DNA of 64,000 nt, taken from positions 1 to 64,000 of the forward strand of contig JAVJWO010000052.1 of NCBI GenBank assembly GCA_040222015.1, read 5' to 3'. This DNA comes from Coleofasciculus chthonoplastes F2-STO-03 (lineage in GTDB: Bacteria > Cyanobacteriota > Cyanobacteriia > Cyanobacteriales > Coleofasciculaceae). This document shows, piece by piece, positions 40,437 through 51,389 of the stretch (the first letter of the stretch is position 1; each line of letters begins with the position of its first letter). The translations under genes and the position numbers were made by a program. The notes beneath the pieces are model-generated. The model saw only the letters and a list, made by a program, of their open reading frames with translations. It ran no database searches and had not been told where the DNA came from.

Positions 40437-40933
40437 CACTAGGGAAAGGGCGGGTTTTGTTGAAAAGTTATCGGTGATATCGTTTATTGAATCCCTAAAC
40501 CCGCCCCTACAGAATTTCTAAACTAAACCCTGGCAATACTTCCTCCCCTGACAATACAACAGGCATCGCCACAACTTCCACATTTTGATGATAATTAACT
40601 ATCCCTGGGGCGAACGTTCTAATGGTACATCAGGGTTTGCTATACACAGTTGATAAAACTGCGATCGCGTTAATGTCGTCGTCAGTGGCTTTAAGTTTAA
40701 TACTGTTAGAATTAAATCCTAACTGAGATCTGGCAACATTTGTAATCAATCCCAAGTTACCGTGTGGTGGGCAATAGCAACAAATGATAATATAAAGATT
40801 TAAGGTTTATAGATATTGCCCACCCTACATAAAATCTAAAGTTAACGCAGAAATCGAGAAAAATTAAGAGTTTTGGAACCCGCGAAGGCGGGTTTTGTTT
40901 GTGTAGCTGCGGTTTCAACCGCCCTATTAAAAT

Positions 40934-42631
40934 TTATTGTAAAATACACTCTGCCTCTAAAACCATCAATCCCGGCGTTTCCCAAACGGCACAATCAGTT
41001 CTCAACAAATCCAAAACAGGTTGTTTTCCCGCTTCAAGTTTAGCGATGGCTTGATTTGCCGCAGGTTGGTACTGCATCAACCAAGAATCATTCGTAATCG
41101 ATTCGGCTGTTAAGAGTGTAGTCGGTAGCAGCCAAAAATCAATCCCGTATTTTTTGATAAACTCCTGGACAATTGCCAAATCTGGACTATATTGTGCTTC
41201 AATTAAATCCGACATTCGCTGGCGAAATTGGCGATAATAACCCCAATGATAGGGAATTGCATATTCGCGACCCACTAAAATTGACCGTTGAGCAAACGTG
41301 GGTAAATTATTCGCTTCTTCCACTAACGAGGCAATTTTACTGTCCTTGGGTTGCTGTTGAAAAAATTCATATAACGTCGGCACATTGCCACTAATATAAG
41401 CCGTCCAGGGAAAGGTATTCAGAACCAAGTGAGGATATCCCACAAGAGTAATTCCGATTAAACTGGTTAAAGCTAATGCCAAAACTGATCCCAATTTGAC
41501 CGTAGAGACCAAACATGGACGGTCTCTACACGCGAAAACAGCGTCTAGGAGTAGGGTAATAACGATTGCCGCCGCCAGCGCGATCGCAATCCGCAGGCTA
41601 TGCTGAGTATAACGGCTGGGTAGGTGCAGTTTGAACAGCAGAACATGGGCGGCTAAAAATAAAATAGCTGATGCCAATAAGAACTTGCCTAAGACTTCCA
41701 TCTTCCCAGTTACCTGCTTGGCGAGGGGAAAGCGAGAGGGAAAGCATAACACAACAGGTAATAGCAAACCCAAATAACTCAGAGGCGGCGCTAAGGCTGT
41801 ATCAATGCGGATACCACTGCGTCCATTAAACCAGAATGACCAAGCGTCGTTGATAAAAAAGCGGGTTCGCCCTTGAGATAAGAAATCCGGTAAACCTTTG
41901 GCTTGTACAGCCGTGATCACTGGGGCAAATTCTGACAGACTTATCGTGTAGGGTAATAACACCGCCAACGCCACCGCCAAACCCGTGAAACAGAATACAT
42001 AATCGCGGCGACTTTGAGACACAGAGGGGAATTTCAGGTTAAACCGCCACAACTGCAAAATCAGAAACGCCGCGCAGACTAGCACTAATGAGGGATAGAA
42101 TAATCCTAACAGCGCGATCGCACTTCCCATTCCAATCAGTGACTGGCGCATCCCATAATACAAAAACGCCAACAGAATCGGATAAATAAACGCCTTGGGT
42201 GTTCCCGATATCAACCCATCCTGCATCCACAGATTTTGGTTGAGGAGTACAGAGGCGATAAATCCAGTCAAAGGTATCGGTAACAATTGCACCGCCACAC
42301 CAAAACAGTAACCCGTGGTAACTAATCCCAAAACTAGAGGTAAAACTTTACTTAAAACAATCGGATCAATCCCAATCCCTGCCATGAAATGATACAGGGC
42401 GCGATATCCTAACGGTGCAACCGATTGGAAATAATCGGCAATTATATCATTCGGAAATAACGCTGGATCTAAAAATCGCCGCATCCAGAAAACATGCTGT
42501 CGCGCATCATCCTGCACCACGTACTCGCTGCTGAAGGCGGGTTGAAAGGCTAACGTGCCGTAAAGTGTGGCAACGAGAAGGCTTAGAGTCAACCAAAATC
42601 GGATAGTATTGCTTGACTTATAAGTTATCAT
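40934..42631 (-). CDS. Multi-pass membrane protein, GT-C-like (start uncertain)
   Basis: VVQDDARQH motif after TM1; paralog of the upstream gene. Confidence 0.7.
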   Translation of the reverse strand: MITYKSSNTIRFWLTLSLLVATLYGTLAFQPAFSSEYVVQDDARQHVFWMRRFLDPALFPNDIIADYFQSVAPLGYRALYHFMAGIGIDPIVLSKVLPLVLGLVTTGYCFGVAVQLLPIPLTGFIASVLLNQNLWMQDGLISGTPKAFIYPILLAFLYYGMRQSLIGMGSAIALLGLFYPSLVLVCAAFLILQLWRFNLKFPSVSQSRRDYVFCFTGLAVALAVLLPYTISLSEFAPVITAVQAKGLPDFLSQGRTRFFINDAWSFWFNGRSGIRIDTALAPPLSYLGLLLPVVLCFPSRFPLAKQVTGKMEVLGKFLLASAILFLAAHVLLFKLHLPSRYTQHSLRIAIALAAAIVITLLLDAVFACRDRPCLVSTVKLGSVLALALTSLIGITLVGYPHLVLNTFPWTAYISGNVPTLYEFFQQQPKDSKIASLVEEANNLPTFAQRSILVGREYAIPYHWGYYRQFRQRMSDLIEAQYSPDLAIVQEFIKKYGIDFWLLPTTLLTAESITNDSWLMQYQPAANQAIAKLEAGKQPVLDLLRTDCAVWETPGLMVLEAECILQ

Positions 42632-42663
42632 ATCAGCAAGAAATTGCTCAAAACGCATCGTTT

Positions 42664-44388
42664 CTAATTGGGTGGCGTTTTCAAAATACAATCTGCCTGT
42701 AGCACAGTGAACCTTCCTGTCTCATAAACTGAACACTTGTCAATTACCTTTGACAAAGCGGGAGTGATTCCCTGCTTTAGATTTGCTAATGCGTCTTGGG
42801 TTGGCGCAAATTCTTTGAACCAGCGCAGATCAGCAATATACTGGGGCGTAAATGTTCCTTGCTCTAACACCCAGAAATCAATATCATACTTTTGAATAAA
42901 ATTCGATACGTCTGCCAAGTCTTGACTGTATTGAGCTTGAATCAGCTCAAACACTCTTCGGCGGAATGGGCGATAGTAACCTATATGATAGGGAATAGCA
43001 TATTCGCTACCGACTAAGATGGATCGTTGAGAAAAAACAGGTAGATTATTGACTTCTTCGGCTAGAGAAGCAATCAAAATATCTTTAGGCTGCTGCTGAA
43101 AAAACTCATACAAAGGTGATACTGTACCAATTCTGTAACCGGGGTTAGGAAAGTATTTTTGCCAAAACAAACTGGGGTAAAAAACGGTTACAGTGCTGAT
43201 TATCGCTACGATTACTACAGCTAACAACGAACGCTTTTTATTTAAGCCAGCGTAGAGAAGCCCATCTAGTATTAAAGTCAGCGCTAGTGCAGCTGCGAGG
43301 GGAAGTACAATTCTCAAGCTGTGCATTGTATAACGACTGGGAAGATGAAGCTTGAATAGAAGCGCGTGGGCAATAAAAAACATGATCAGGGAACACACCA
43401 GGATTTGAAGCAATAATCTAACTTCACGGTTTACTTGTTTAACTAAGGGGAACTGGCGCGGATATAGCGGTATCATAAACAACAAAAAACTAGCTCCTAA
43501 ACTAGCTGGATTTAATGATAACCGAATGCCACTATTGCGAGCACTGAACCAAAACCGCCAAAATTTATCGTCGTGAAAAAAGCTGGCACGTCCTCCAGCT
43601 TCAAACTCTGGTAATGTCCTGGCTTCAGCTACGGTAATCACCGGACCAAATTCTGAAGAACTGAGGGCATAAGGTAATAACACTAGCAAAGCAACACCAA
43701 TGCCTGTGGCACATAACAGGTAATCGTGGCGATTAGAACTAAGGCGAGGCTGCCAACTCTCCCAATCCCACAACCGCAATACTAATATTCCCACAGCAAT
43801 GAATATAAATGATGGATAAAACAATCCTATTAGAGCCAAGCTTAGATTGACTAAAGCTGATGATTTTTTCAACAAATAGTATAAAAACATAAAAAACAGT
43901 GGATACAAAAAAGCTCTTGGTGTTGCTGAGCCTAGATCGTCTTGCATCCATAAGCTTTGATTGAGCAATAATGAGGCGATAAAACCTGCCATTGGCACAG
44001 GCAATAATTGTAAACAAACACCGAAACAGTAACCTGTGGTAATCAATCCTAATATCACGGGCAGCAATTTACTAAACCAAATTGGATCAATACCCACCCC
44101 TGCCATTAGCTTGTAAACAGTGGTATAGCCTAGAGGGGAAACGGATTGGAAGTAATCGGCAATTAAATCCTGGGGAAACAACTCTGGGTCTAAAAACCGC
44201 CGCATCCAGAAAACATGCTGTCGCGCATCGTCCTGCACAACATACTCACCCCTGAAGACTTGTTGCAGTGCCAAAATACTGTAAAGTGCCGCAAAGGTTA
44301 GGCTAAGGGTAAACCAAAAGATCACCTTAGGACTAGATTTTTTGTCAGTCGAGGCAGAGAGAAACTGCCACAGGTAGTATATCCACAT
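42664..44388 (-). CDS. Multi-pass membrane protein, GT-C-like
   Basis: Same QDDARQHVFWM and LFKLHLPSRYT motifs. Confidence 0.7.
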   Translation of the reverse strand: MWIYYLWQFLSASTDKKSSPKVIFWFTLSLTFAALYSILALQQVFRGEYVVQDDARQHVFWMRRFLDPELFPQDLIADYFQSVSPLGYTTVYKLMAGVGIDPIWFSKLLPVILGLITTGYCFGVCLQLLPVPMAGFIASLLLNQSLWMQDDLGSATPRAFLYPLFFMFLYYLLKKSSALVNLSLALIGLFYPSFIFIAVGILVLRLWDWESWQPRLSSNRHDYLLCATGIGVALLVLLPYALSSSEFGPVITVAEARTLPEFEAGGRASFFHDDKFWRFWFSARNSGIRLSLNPASLGASFLLFMIPLYPRQFPLVKQVNREVRLLLQILVCSLIMFFIAHALLFKLHLPSRYTMHSLRIVLPLAAALALTLILDGLLYAGLNKKRSLLAVVIVAIISTVTVFYPSLFWQKYFPNPGYRIGTVSPLYEFFQQQPKDILIASLAEEVNNLPVFSQRSILVGSEYAIPYHIGYYRPFRRRVFELIQAQYSQDLADVSNFIQKYDIDFWVLEQGTFTPQYIADLRWFKEFAPTQDALANLKQGITPALSKVIDKCSVYETGRFTVLQADCILKTPPN

Positions 44389-44752
44389 ATTTATTTGGAC
44401 TAGGATTTCTGCTTTCTGCCTTTATAAGCTACAGGGAAGCCAGTGCAGATGCAACATCTGGCATCTAGACGGACAAGAGTTCACGGTTACTGTATTACAA
44501 GTCATATAAATGTATGACATAAAAAAATAAAATTAAGCTTGATTTAAGCATCTAATAAGTTTTCATAGAGTATAATTACATAAAACTGTCTTAAATAAAG
44601 GTAAGCCACGCTAACGCTTCATTGTCGGGTGTCATTTACCGTTACCTTTGCCAGGTGGGTTTCGCGATCGCTCTCTATAGCCAACGTTAGTCCTATTTGC
44701 TCTGCCAAATAGAATACTTCATTTTCGGGTGTCATTTACCAGAGTTGGTGAA

Positions 44753-44863
44753 TAAGCTGTTCGGCATTCAAACCTTAATGTCAACAATGACGAAATCCTT
44801 GTAGTGCGAAGTGCGAGCCAGAAAGCTCGCTACTAATACGAAATTTAAATGCATGACAGCTTA
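44753..44863. mobile_element. TAAGCTGT...ACAGCTTA MITE-like repeat, copy 3
   Basis: Aligns to 31645-31747. Confidence 0.7.
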
Positions 44864-45022
44864 GGAGGGGCGTTCGCCTACTCCCCAGGAAAACTCATAG
44901 AATCCCATTCGCGCCCAGATTTTTCGGTTCGACGGCTAAATGTCTGAGGCGATGACTCAATTATTACCACATTATCTTGTTTTTGTAAACGCTCTTATCT
45001 GAATTTCCTAGTCCGACAACGT

Positions 45023-48000
45023 ATGACGAATAACACCATCTTAAAAATAGCTAACTACCGCATTCTGTCCCAACTCTACGAAAGTGCCAATACCTTAGTT
45101 TATCGCGGTATTCAGGAAGGGGAACACAAACCCGTGATTCTCAAAGTGCTTAAACAAGACTATCCCACTCCACAAGAGTTAACTCAATATCGACAAGAGT
45201 ATGAAATTACGCACAATCTGGCGATTGATAGCGTAGTTAAGGCGTATAATATTCAACCCTATCAGCGAACCTTAGTGATCATCTTAGAGGATTTTGGCGG
45301 TGAATCCTTAAAGCAGTGGATGAGTCAGCCAACAAAACTCTCCTCACCTCTACCTCTATGGGACTTTCTCAACATTGCCATCAAGATAGCCGAAATTCTC
45401 GCCCAGATTCACGCCGTTGATGTCATTCACAAAGATATTAACCCCAGCAATATTGTCTTCAACCCCGAAACTGGACAACTCAAAATCATTGACTTTGGCA
45501 TCTCCACCCAGCTTACCCGCGAAAATCCGGCACTCAAAAATCCTCATGTCTTAGAAGGAACATTAGCCTATATTTCCCCTGAACAAACGGGGCGGATGAA
45601 TCGTTCTCTCGACTATCGCACCGACTTTTATTCCCTAGGTGTCACCTTATATGAACTGCTAACGGGAAAGCTGCCCTTTGAGACAAAAGATGCCATAGAA
45701 TTAGTCCATTGTCATATTGCCAAAGTCCCGACACCTCCCCATCTTCTGGGTGAGGAAGCTTGTAGAGACGTTCCGGTGGAACATCTGGAGAAGGGTATGC
45801 CGACACCTTCCCCAGAAATTGCCGGGGCGCAGCGCGGAAAAACCATTCCGCCAACCGTTTCCAATATTGTCATGAAACTGATGGCAAAAACGGCTGAAGA
45901 ACGGTATCAAAGTGCTTGGGGACTGGTAGCTGATTTGCAAAACTGTCAGAGACAATTAGCCGAAACGGGAACAATTAAAGACTTTCCGCTGGGTTCTCAA
46001 GATATCTCCGAACACTTCCACATTCCCCAAAAACTTTATGGGCGAGAGGCGGAAGTGAACACCTTACTCGCTGCCTTTGATCGCGTGGCGAATCGAGAGG
46101 ATCAGGACATTCAGAAATCGGCAGATTCTTCCGTCGATGGTTCACTCCCCACGTCTCATCCCCCCATCGAGATGATGCTGGTGGCGGGGTATTCTGGGAT
46201 TGGTAAATCCTGCTTAGTCGCCGAAATTCATAAACCGAATACACGACTACGCGGCTATTTTATCTCCGGCAAATTTGACCAGTTTCAACGAAACGTTCCC
46301 TACTCAGCGATTGTCAACGCCTTTAAGGAATTAGTGCAGCAAATTTTAACTGAAAGCGAAGCCCAACTTAATCAGTGGCGAGGAAAATTATTAGCCGCTT
46401 TGGGAACAAATGGTCAAGTGATTATTGATGTTATTCCGGAAGTGGAACGAATTGTCGGTCAACAGCCTGCGGTGCCAGAATTAGGGTCACAAGAATCCCA
46501 AAATCGGTTTAATATCGTCTTCAAAAAATTTATGCGGGCATTTTGCTCACCCGAACATCCCTTAGTGATGTTTCTCGATGATTTGCAGTGGGTAGATTTG
46601 GCGACGCTGAAGTTGATTCAACTGATTATGACCGATAGTGAGATCCATTATCTATTTTTAATCGGTGCCTATCGGGATAATGAAGTCAACCCTACTCATC
46701 CATTAATGATGACAGTAGATGGATTACAAAAACAAGGCGCGACGGTTAACTGTATTACCTTATCCCCTTTAAAATTAGACCATATTCGCCAAATTATTTG
46801 TGACACCTTAAAATCCTCACCAGAATCTGCCCAGCATTTAGCTGAACTGGTGATGAGCAAAACGGGGGGCAATCCATTTTTCGTGAATCAGTTTTTAAGG
46901 AATCTCTATGCGGAAAAGTTAATCACTTTCAATCTGCAAAATCATCAATGGCAGTGGGATATTAATAAAATCAAGGAGAAAAACATTACCGATAACGTCG
47001 TCGAGTTGATGACAAATCGGTTAAAAAAGCTGCCGGATTCAACCCAGCATGTCTTACAGTTAGCTGCTTGTATCGGTGCTAATTTCAACTTATCCACGCT
47101 GGCAATTGTCTGTGAACAACCAGAGGATGTGATTTTCGCGAACTTAGTCACAGCGGTTCAATCGGAATTAATCGTACCCCTTTCGGAACTCAATCCAGAC
47201 TTGCTGGTTCACGAGTATAAATTCCTGCATGACCGAGTACAACAAGCAGCGTATGCTTTAATTGATGAGTGCCAAAAGAAAGCGGTTCACTTACAAATTG
47301 GTCGCCTACTTTGGCAAAGTACGGATTCGGAAATCTTATTAGATAAAATATTTGCAATCGTTGATCATCTGAATCAAGGAATTAGTGATAATTGGGATTA
47401 CACATCAGGAGAAATTAGTCAAGCTGAACGCCATCAAATCGCCCAGTTGAATTTAATCGCGGGTCAAAAAGCCAAAGGATCAGCCGCTTATGGTGCGGCG
47501 CTAAACTATTTAACTGTGGGACAAGAACTTCTGGGTTTAGACAGTTGGCAATGGGACTATGACTTAACCTTATCCTTGTATGAAGAAGCCGCCCAAGCTG
47601 CCTATTTAGGTGGCAAGTTTACGGTGATGGAGGAATTGACTGAGGTTCTCTTCGCCCATGCCAAAACAGTGCTGGAAAAAGTTAATGTATATGAAGTCAA
47701 GATTCAAGCGATCGCGTCGCAAAATAATCTCAAAGAAGCGATTCATCTTGGACTGCAAGTGCTGAATCTATTGGGAATCAGTTTACCTGAAGAACCCAGT
47801 GCTGCGGATTTGCAAAATGGACTCGAAGAAACGGCAGCGATAGTGGCAGGACATGAGATTGAAGACTTAATTAACTTACCAGAAATGACCGCCGCTGAAC
47901 CCCTAGCCGCTGTGCTAATTCTCTCTAATTTAATTGCTGCTGCTTATATCGCCGCACCTGATCTTTTTGTTCTGATTGCCTCATCCATGGTTCAATTATC

Positions 48001-50701
48001 AGTCAAGTATGGGAACGCGCCATTGTCAGCATTTGGGTATGCCTGTTATGGATGTATTTTATTGGATCGTCAGCAAAATTTTGAGGCGGGATATCAATTT
48101 GGTAAATTAGCGCTTAGTTTAGTGAATCGATTTAATGCTCAGCAAGTCAAATGTAAAGTTTTAGAGGTGCTGGGCGGTCATGATTTGCATTGGAAAGAGC
48201 ATGTTAGTCAAACTGTACCTATCCTGATTGAGGGCTATCACAGTGGTGTAGAAACGGGGGATTTTGAATTTGCCGGGTATTGCGCCTTTTACGTCTGCGA
48301 TCATCTCTATTTTAGTGGGGTTGAACTGACTCAATTGGAACAAGAAATTACCACTTATAATCAGGCGGTGCGGCAAATTCGCCGGGAAAGTCCATTTAAT
48401 TGGACGGCGATTTTTTTACAGGCGGTGCATAATTTACGGGGTCAAGGGGAAAATCCCACCCAGTTAATGGGTAAGGCATATAATGAAGCGACATCATTAC
48501 CCCGGGCGCTGGCGGCGAATGACCGTACAGAACTGCATTTATTCTATTTAAATAAGCTGATTCTCTGTTATCTCTTTGGTGAGGTTGAGCAGGCGGTAGA
48601 AAATGCAGTTTTAGCGGAACAGTATTTAAATGGAGTTACGGCGATGATCGTGATTCCAATCTTCTATTTTTATGATTCTCTTGCCCATCTGGCTATTGTT
48701 TCTGAGGCGACACCAACTGATAAACAGGCGTTGATTAACCGGGTTAATGCTAATCAAGAAAAAATGCAGATCTGGGCAAACCACGGTGCAATGAATCAGC
48801 AGCATAAACTGGATTTAGTCGCCGCCGAAAAAGCGCGAGTTTTGGGTGAAGTGGTGACAGCGATGGAGTTGTATGAACAAGCGATTAACGGGGCGAGGGA
48901 TAATGGTTATATTCAAGAGGAAGCATTAGCCTATAATTTAGCTGCCATGTTTTATCAGCATCGGGGGATGGACAAGTTTGCTGATATGTATATTAAAGAG
49001 GCACATTATACTTACACCCGCTGGGGGGCGACGGCGAAAGTTAGAGATTTAGAAGCCCAATATTCCCAGCTTTTTGCGCCATCATCTCCTGTCAGTTTTC
49101 TCTCAGATAACCGCACGACGGTGAGTAGTGTGTCTCAGAGAAATCAGTCGGCTTCGGCGTTAGATTTTGCCACCCTGATGAAAGCCTCTCAAGCCATTGG
49201 TAGTGAAATTGAACTGAGTAAGTTACTGGCGGCGTTGATGGAAATTTTAATCGAAAATACGGGAGCGCAAACGGGAGTTTTGATTTTAAATCAATCGGGA
49301 GAATGGGTGATTGAGGCGTCGCTGAATGGGGAGACGAATCACGTCACTGTGTTACAATCTCTACCCTTAGAAAATTACCTCCCTCTCTCGATTATTAACT
49401 ATGTTACCCATACAAAAAAAACCGTGGTTACAACCAATGCGGCTAAAATTGGCAAGTTTACCAACGATCCGTATATTCAAGCCCATCAAACCCAATCCGT
49501 TTTGTGTGCGCCGCTACTGAATCAAGGTCAACTCAGTGGTATCGTTTATCTGGAAAATAACCTGGCTACAGACGCCTTTACGCCAGACAGGCTGGAAGTG
49601 TTACAAATCCTATCCGGACAAGCCGCGATCGCGATCGACAATGCCCGACTTTATAACACTCTAGAACAAAATGTTGCCGCCCGCACCCAAGAGTTAAAAA
49701 ATACCCTCGACTCTCTCAAAGCCACCCAAGATGAACTGATTCAATCGGAAAAAATGGCAGCCTTGGGACAATTAATTGCCGGGATTGCCCATGAAATTAA
49801 TACACCCTTGGGGGCGATTCGTTCCTCCGCCGGAAATATTTCTAAGTTTTTAATTCAAATCCTGGAACAATTACCCACCCTGTTTCAATCATTATCTCCA
49901 GAGGAAGGGCAAGATTTTCTGAAAATGTTACAACGTTCACTGCAAAACGAATCGGATTTAACGGCGAAAGAAGAACGCAAACGGCGGCGAGTCTTAGTTC
50001 GCCAATTAGAGGCGGAAGACATTCAGAATGCGGATACCCTAGCCGATACTTTGGTCGATATGGGGATTTATGAAAATATTGAAGAGTTTTTCCCTCTACT
50101 GAAACGCCCCGATAGTTCGCACCTCTTAGAAACAGCGTACAAACTATCGGGATTACAACGGGGAACTCAAACGATAAATACGGCAACTGAACGAGCCTCT
50201 AAAGTAGTGTTTGCCTTAAAAACATACTCCCGTTATGACGAATCGGGGGTAATGATTCCGGCAAATTTAACGGCAGGCATTGAAACCGTGCTAACTTTGT
50301 ATCAGAATCAACTCAAACATGGAATTAATGTCATCCGCAACTATGACGAGTTACCACCGATATTATGTTATGCAGATGAACTGAATCAAGTCTGGACGAA
50401 TCTGATTCACAATGCATTACAGGCAATCGATAATAAAGGAACATTAATCCTTAATGTCAAGCAGCAAGACCAACAGATAAACGTTAGCATTACCGATAGT
50501 GGTAAGGGAATCCCTCCAGAAATTCAAGCGAAGATATTTCAGCCATTTTTTACAACCAAGTCAGCCGGAGAAGGAAGTGGATTAGGACTCGATATTGTGA
50601 AAAAGATCATTGAAAAGCATCAGGGTAAAATTGACGTTGAATCTATTCCAGGTAAAACTACTTTTACTGTTTCATTACCTTTTCGGACGGCGGAAGACTA
50701 G
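45023..50701 (+). CDS. Trifunctional Ser/Thr kinase-AAA ATPase-GAF-histidine kinase (HstK-like)
   Basis: HKDINPSN, DFG, GYSGIGKS, FLDDLQW, GAF, AHEINTP, GEGSGLGL. Confidence 0.92.
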   Translation: MTNNTILKIANYRILSQLYESANTLVYRGIQEGEHKPVILKVLKQDYPTPQELTQYRQEYEITHNLAIDSVVKAYNIQPYQRTLVIILEDFGGESLKQWMSQPTKLSSPLPLWDFLNIAIKIAEILAQIHAVDVIHKDINPSNIVFNPETGQLKIIDFGISTQLTRENPALKNPHVLEGTLAYISPEQTGRMNRSLDYRTDFYSLGVTLYELLTGKLPFETKDAIELVHCHIAKVPTPPHLLGEEACRDVPVEHLEKGMPTPSPEIAGAQRGKTIPPTVSNIVMKLMAKTAEERYQSAWGLVADLQNCQRQLAETGTIKDFPLGSQDISEHFHIPQKLYGREAEVNTLLAAFDRVANREDQDIQKSADSSVDGSLPTSHPPIEMMLVAGYSGIGKSCLVAEIHKPNTRLRGYFISGKFDQFQRNVPYSAIVNAFKELVQQILTESEAQLNQWRGKLLAALGTNGQVIIDVIPEVERIVGQQPAVPELGSQESQNRFNIVFKKFMRAFCSPEHPLVMFLDDLQWVDLATLKLIQLIMTDSEIHYLFLIGAYRDNEVNPTHPLMMTVDGLQKQGATVNCITLSPLKLDHIRQIICDTLKSSPESAQHLAELVMSKTGGNPFFVNQFLRNLYAEKLITFNLQNHQWQWDINKIKEKNITDNVVELMTNRLKKLPDSTQHVLQLAACIGANFNLSTLAIVCEQPEDVIFANLVTAVQSELIVPLSELNPDLLVHEYKFLHDRVQQAAYALIDECQKKAVHLQIGRLLWQSTDSEILLDKIFAIVDHLNQGISDNWDYTSGEISQAERHQIAQLNLIAGQKAKGSAAYGAALNYLTVGQELLGLDSWQWDYDLTLSLYEEAAQAAYLGGKFTVMEELTEVLFAHAKTVLEKVNVYEVKIQAIASQNNLKEAIHLGLQVLNLLGISLPEEPSAADLQNGLEETAAIVAGHEIEDLINLPEMTAAEPLAAVLILSNLIAAAYIAAPDLFVLIASSMVQLSVKYGNAPLSAFGYACYGCILLDRQQNFEAGYQFGKLALSLVNRFNAQQVKCKVLEVLGGHDLHWKEHVSQTVPILIEGYHSGVETGDFEFAGYCAFYVCDHLYFSGVELTQLEQEITTYNQAVRQIRRESPFNWTAIFLQAVHNLRGQGENPTQLMGKAYNEATSLPRALAANDRTELHLFYLNKLILCYLFGEVEQAVENAVLAEQYLNGVTAMIVIPIFYFYDSLAHLAIVSEATPTDKQALINRVNANQEKMQIWANHGAMNQQHKLDLVAAEKARVLGEVVTAMELYEQAINGARDNGYIQEEALAYNLAAMFYQHRGMDKFADMYIKEAHYTYTRWGATAKVRDLEAQYSQLFAPSSPVSFLSDNRTTVSSVSQRNQSASALDFATLMKASQAIGSEIELSKLLAALMEILIENTGAQTGVLILNQSGEWVIEASLNGETNHVTVLQSLPLENYLPLSIINYVTHTKKTVVTTNAAKIGKFTNDPYIQAHQTQSVLCAPLLNQGQLSGIVYLENNLATDAFTPDRLEVLQILSGQAAIAIDNARLYNTLEQNVAARTQELKNTLDSLKATQDELIQSEKMAALGQLIAGIAHEINTPLGAIRSSAGNISKFLIQILEQLPTLFQSLSPEEGQDFLKMLQRSLQNESDLTAKEERKRRRVLVRQLEAEDIQNADTLADTLVDMGIYENIEEFFPLLKRPDSSHLLETAYKLSGLQRGTQTINTATERASKVVFALKTYSRYDESGVMIPANLTAGIETVLTLYQNQLKHGINVIRNYDELPPILCYADELNQVWTNLIHNALQAIDNKGTLILNVKQQDQQINVSITDSGKGIPPEIQAKIFQPFFTTKSAGEGSGLGLDIVKKIIEKHQGKIDVESIPGKTTFTVSLPFRTAED

Positions 50702-50901
50702 AGACGGCAGTTCAAGTAGGTTGGGTTGAGCAACAGCGAAACCCAACTAGCTCTCTGAGTTGAGTTACTAAAAAATGTTAAACGGACTTTATCGGACAAA
50801 TGACGTAGCTTGCTTTTCAAGGGTAGCAAGTATAACGAATGACAAATGACAAATGACAAATGACAAATGACAAATGACAAATGACAAATGACAAATGACA
50901 A

Positions 50902-51297
50902 ATGACTAAACCCGTTATTTTGTGTGTTGATGATGAAAAATCTGTTCTTAAAAGTCTCAAGACTCAACTCAAAGAAGCCTTTGGCGATGCTTATACTTAT
51001 GAACTGGCAGAAGCGGCTGATGAAGCGTTAGAATTAATAGATGAACTTGTGGAAGAAAATGTTAGTATTATTCTGATTGTGTCGGATTGGTTAATGCCGG
51101 GAATGAAAGGGGATGAGTTTCTGGTTCAGGTGCATCATAAATTCCCCCATATCATTAAAATTCTGCTGACAGGTCAAGCGGATGAGGAGGCGATTGAACG
51201 CGCAAAACAGGAAGCCAAGCTGCATTACTGCTTATACAAACCCTGGTCAGAAGCAGAATTAGTGGAAGCCATTAAATTAGGATTATCTCAACTATAA
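50902..51297 (+). CDS. Single-domain response regulator
   Basis: CVDDE, VSDWLMP, LTG, KP. Confidence 0.9.
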   Translation: MTKPVILCVDDEKSVLKSLKTQLKEAFGDAYTYELAEAADEALELIDELVEENVSIILIVSDWLMPGMKGDEFLVQVHHKFPHIIKILLTGQADEEAIERAKQEAKLHYCLYKPWSEAELVEAIKLGLSQL

Positions 51298-51389
51298 CGT
51301 ACTAATTGGAAAATTACCCACTCAATCCGATGATTTCAACCCCATCCAAAATCCTTGTGACTTCGGCGTAACCCTACGGGCAATCTACT

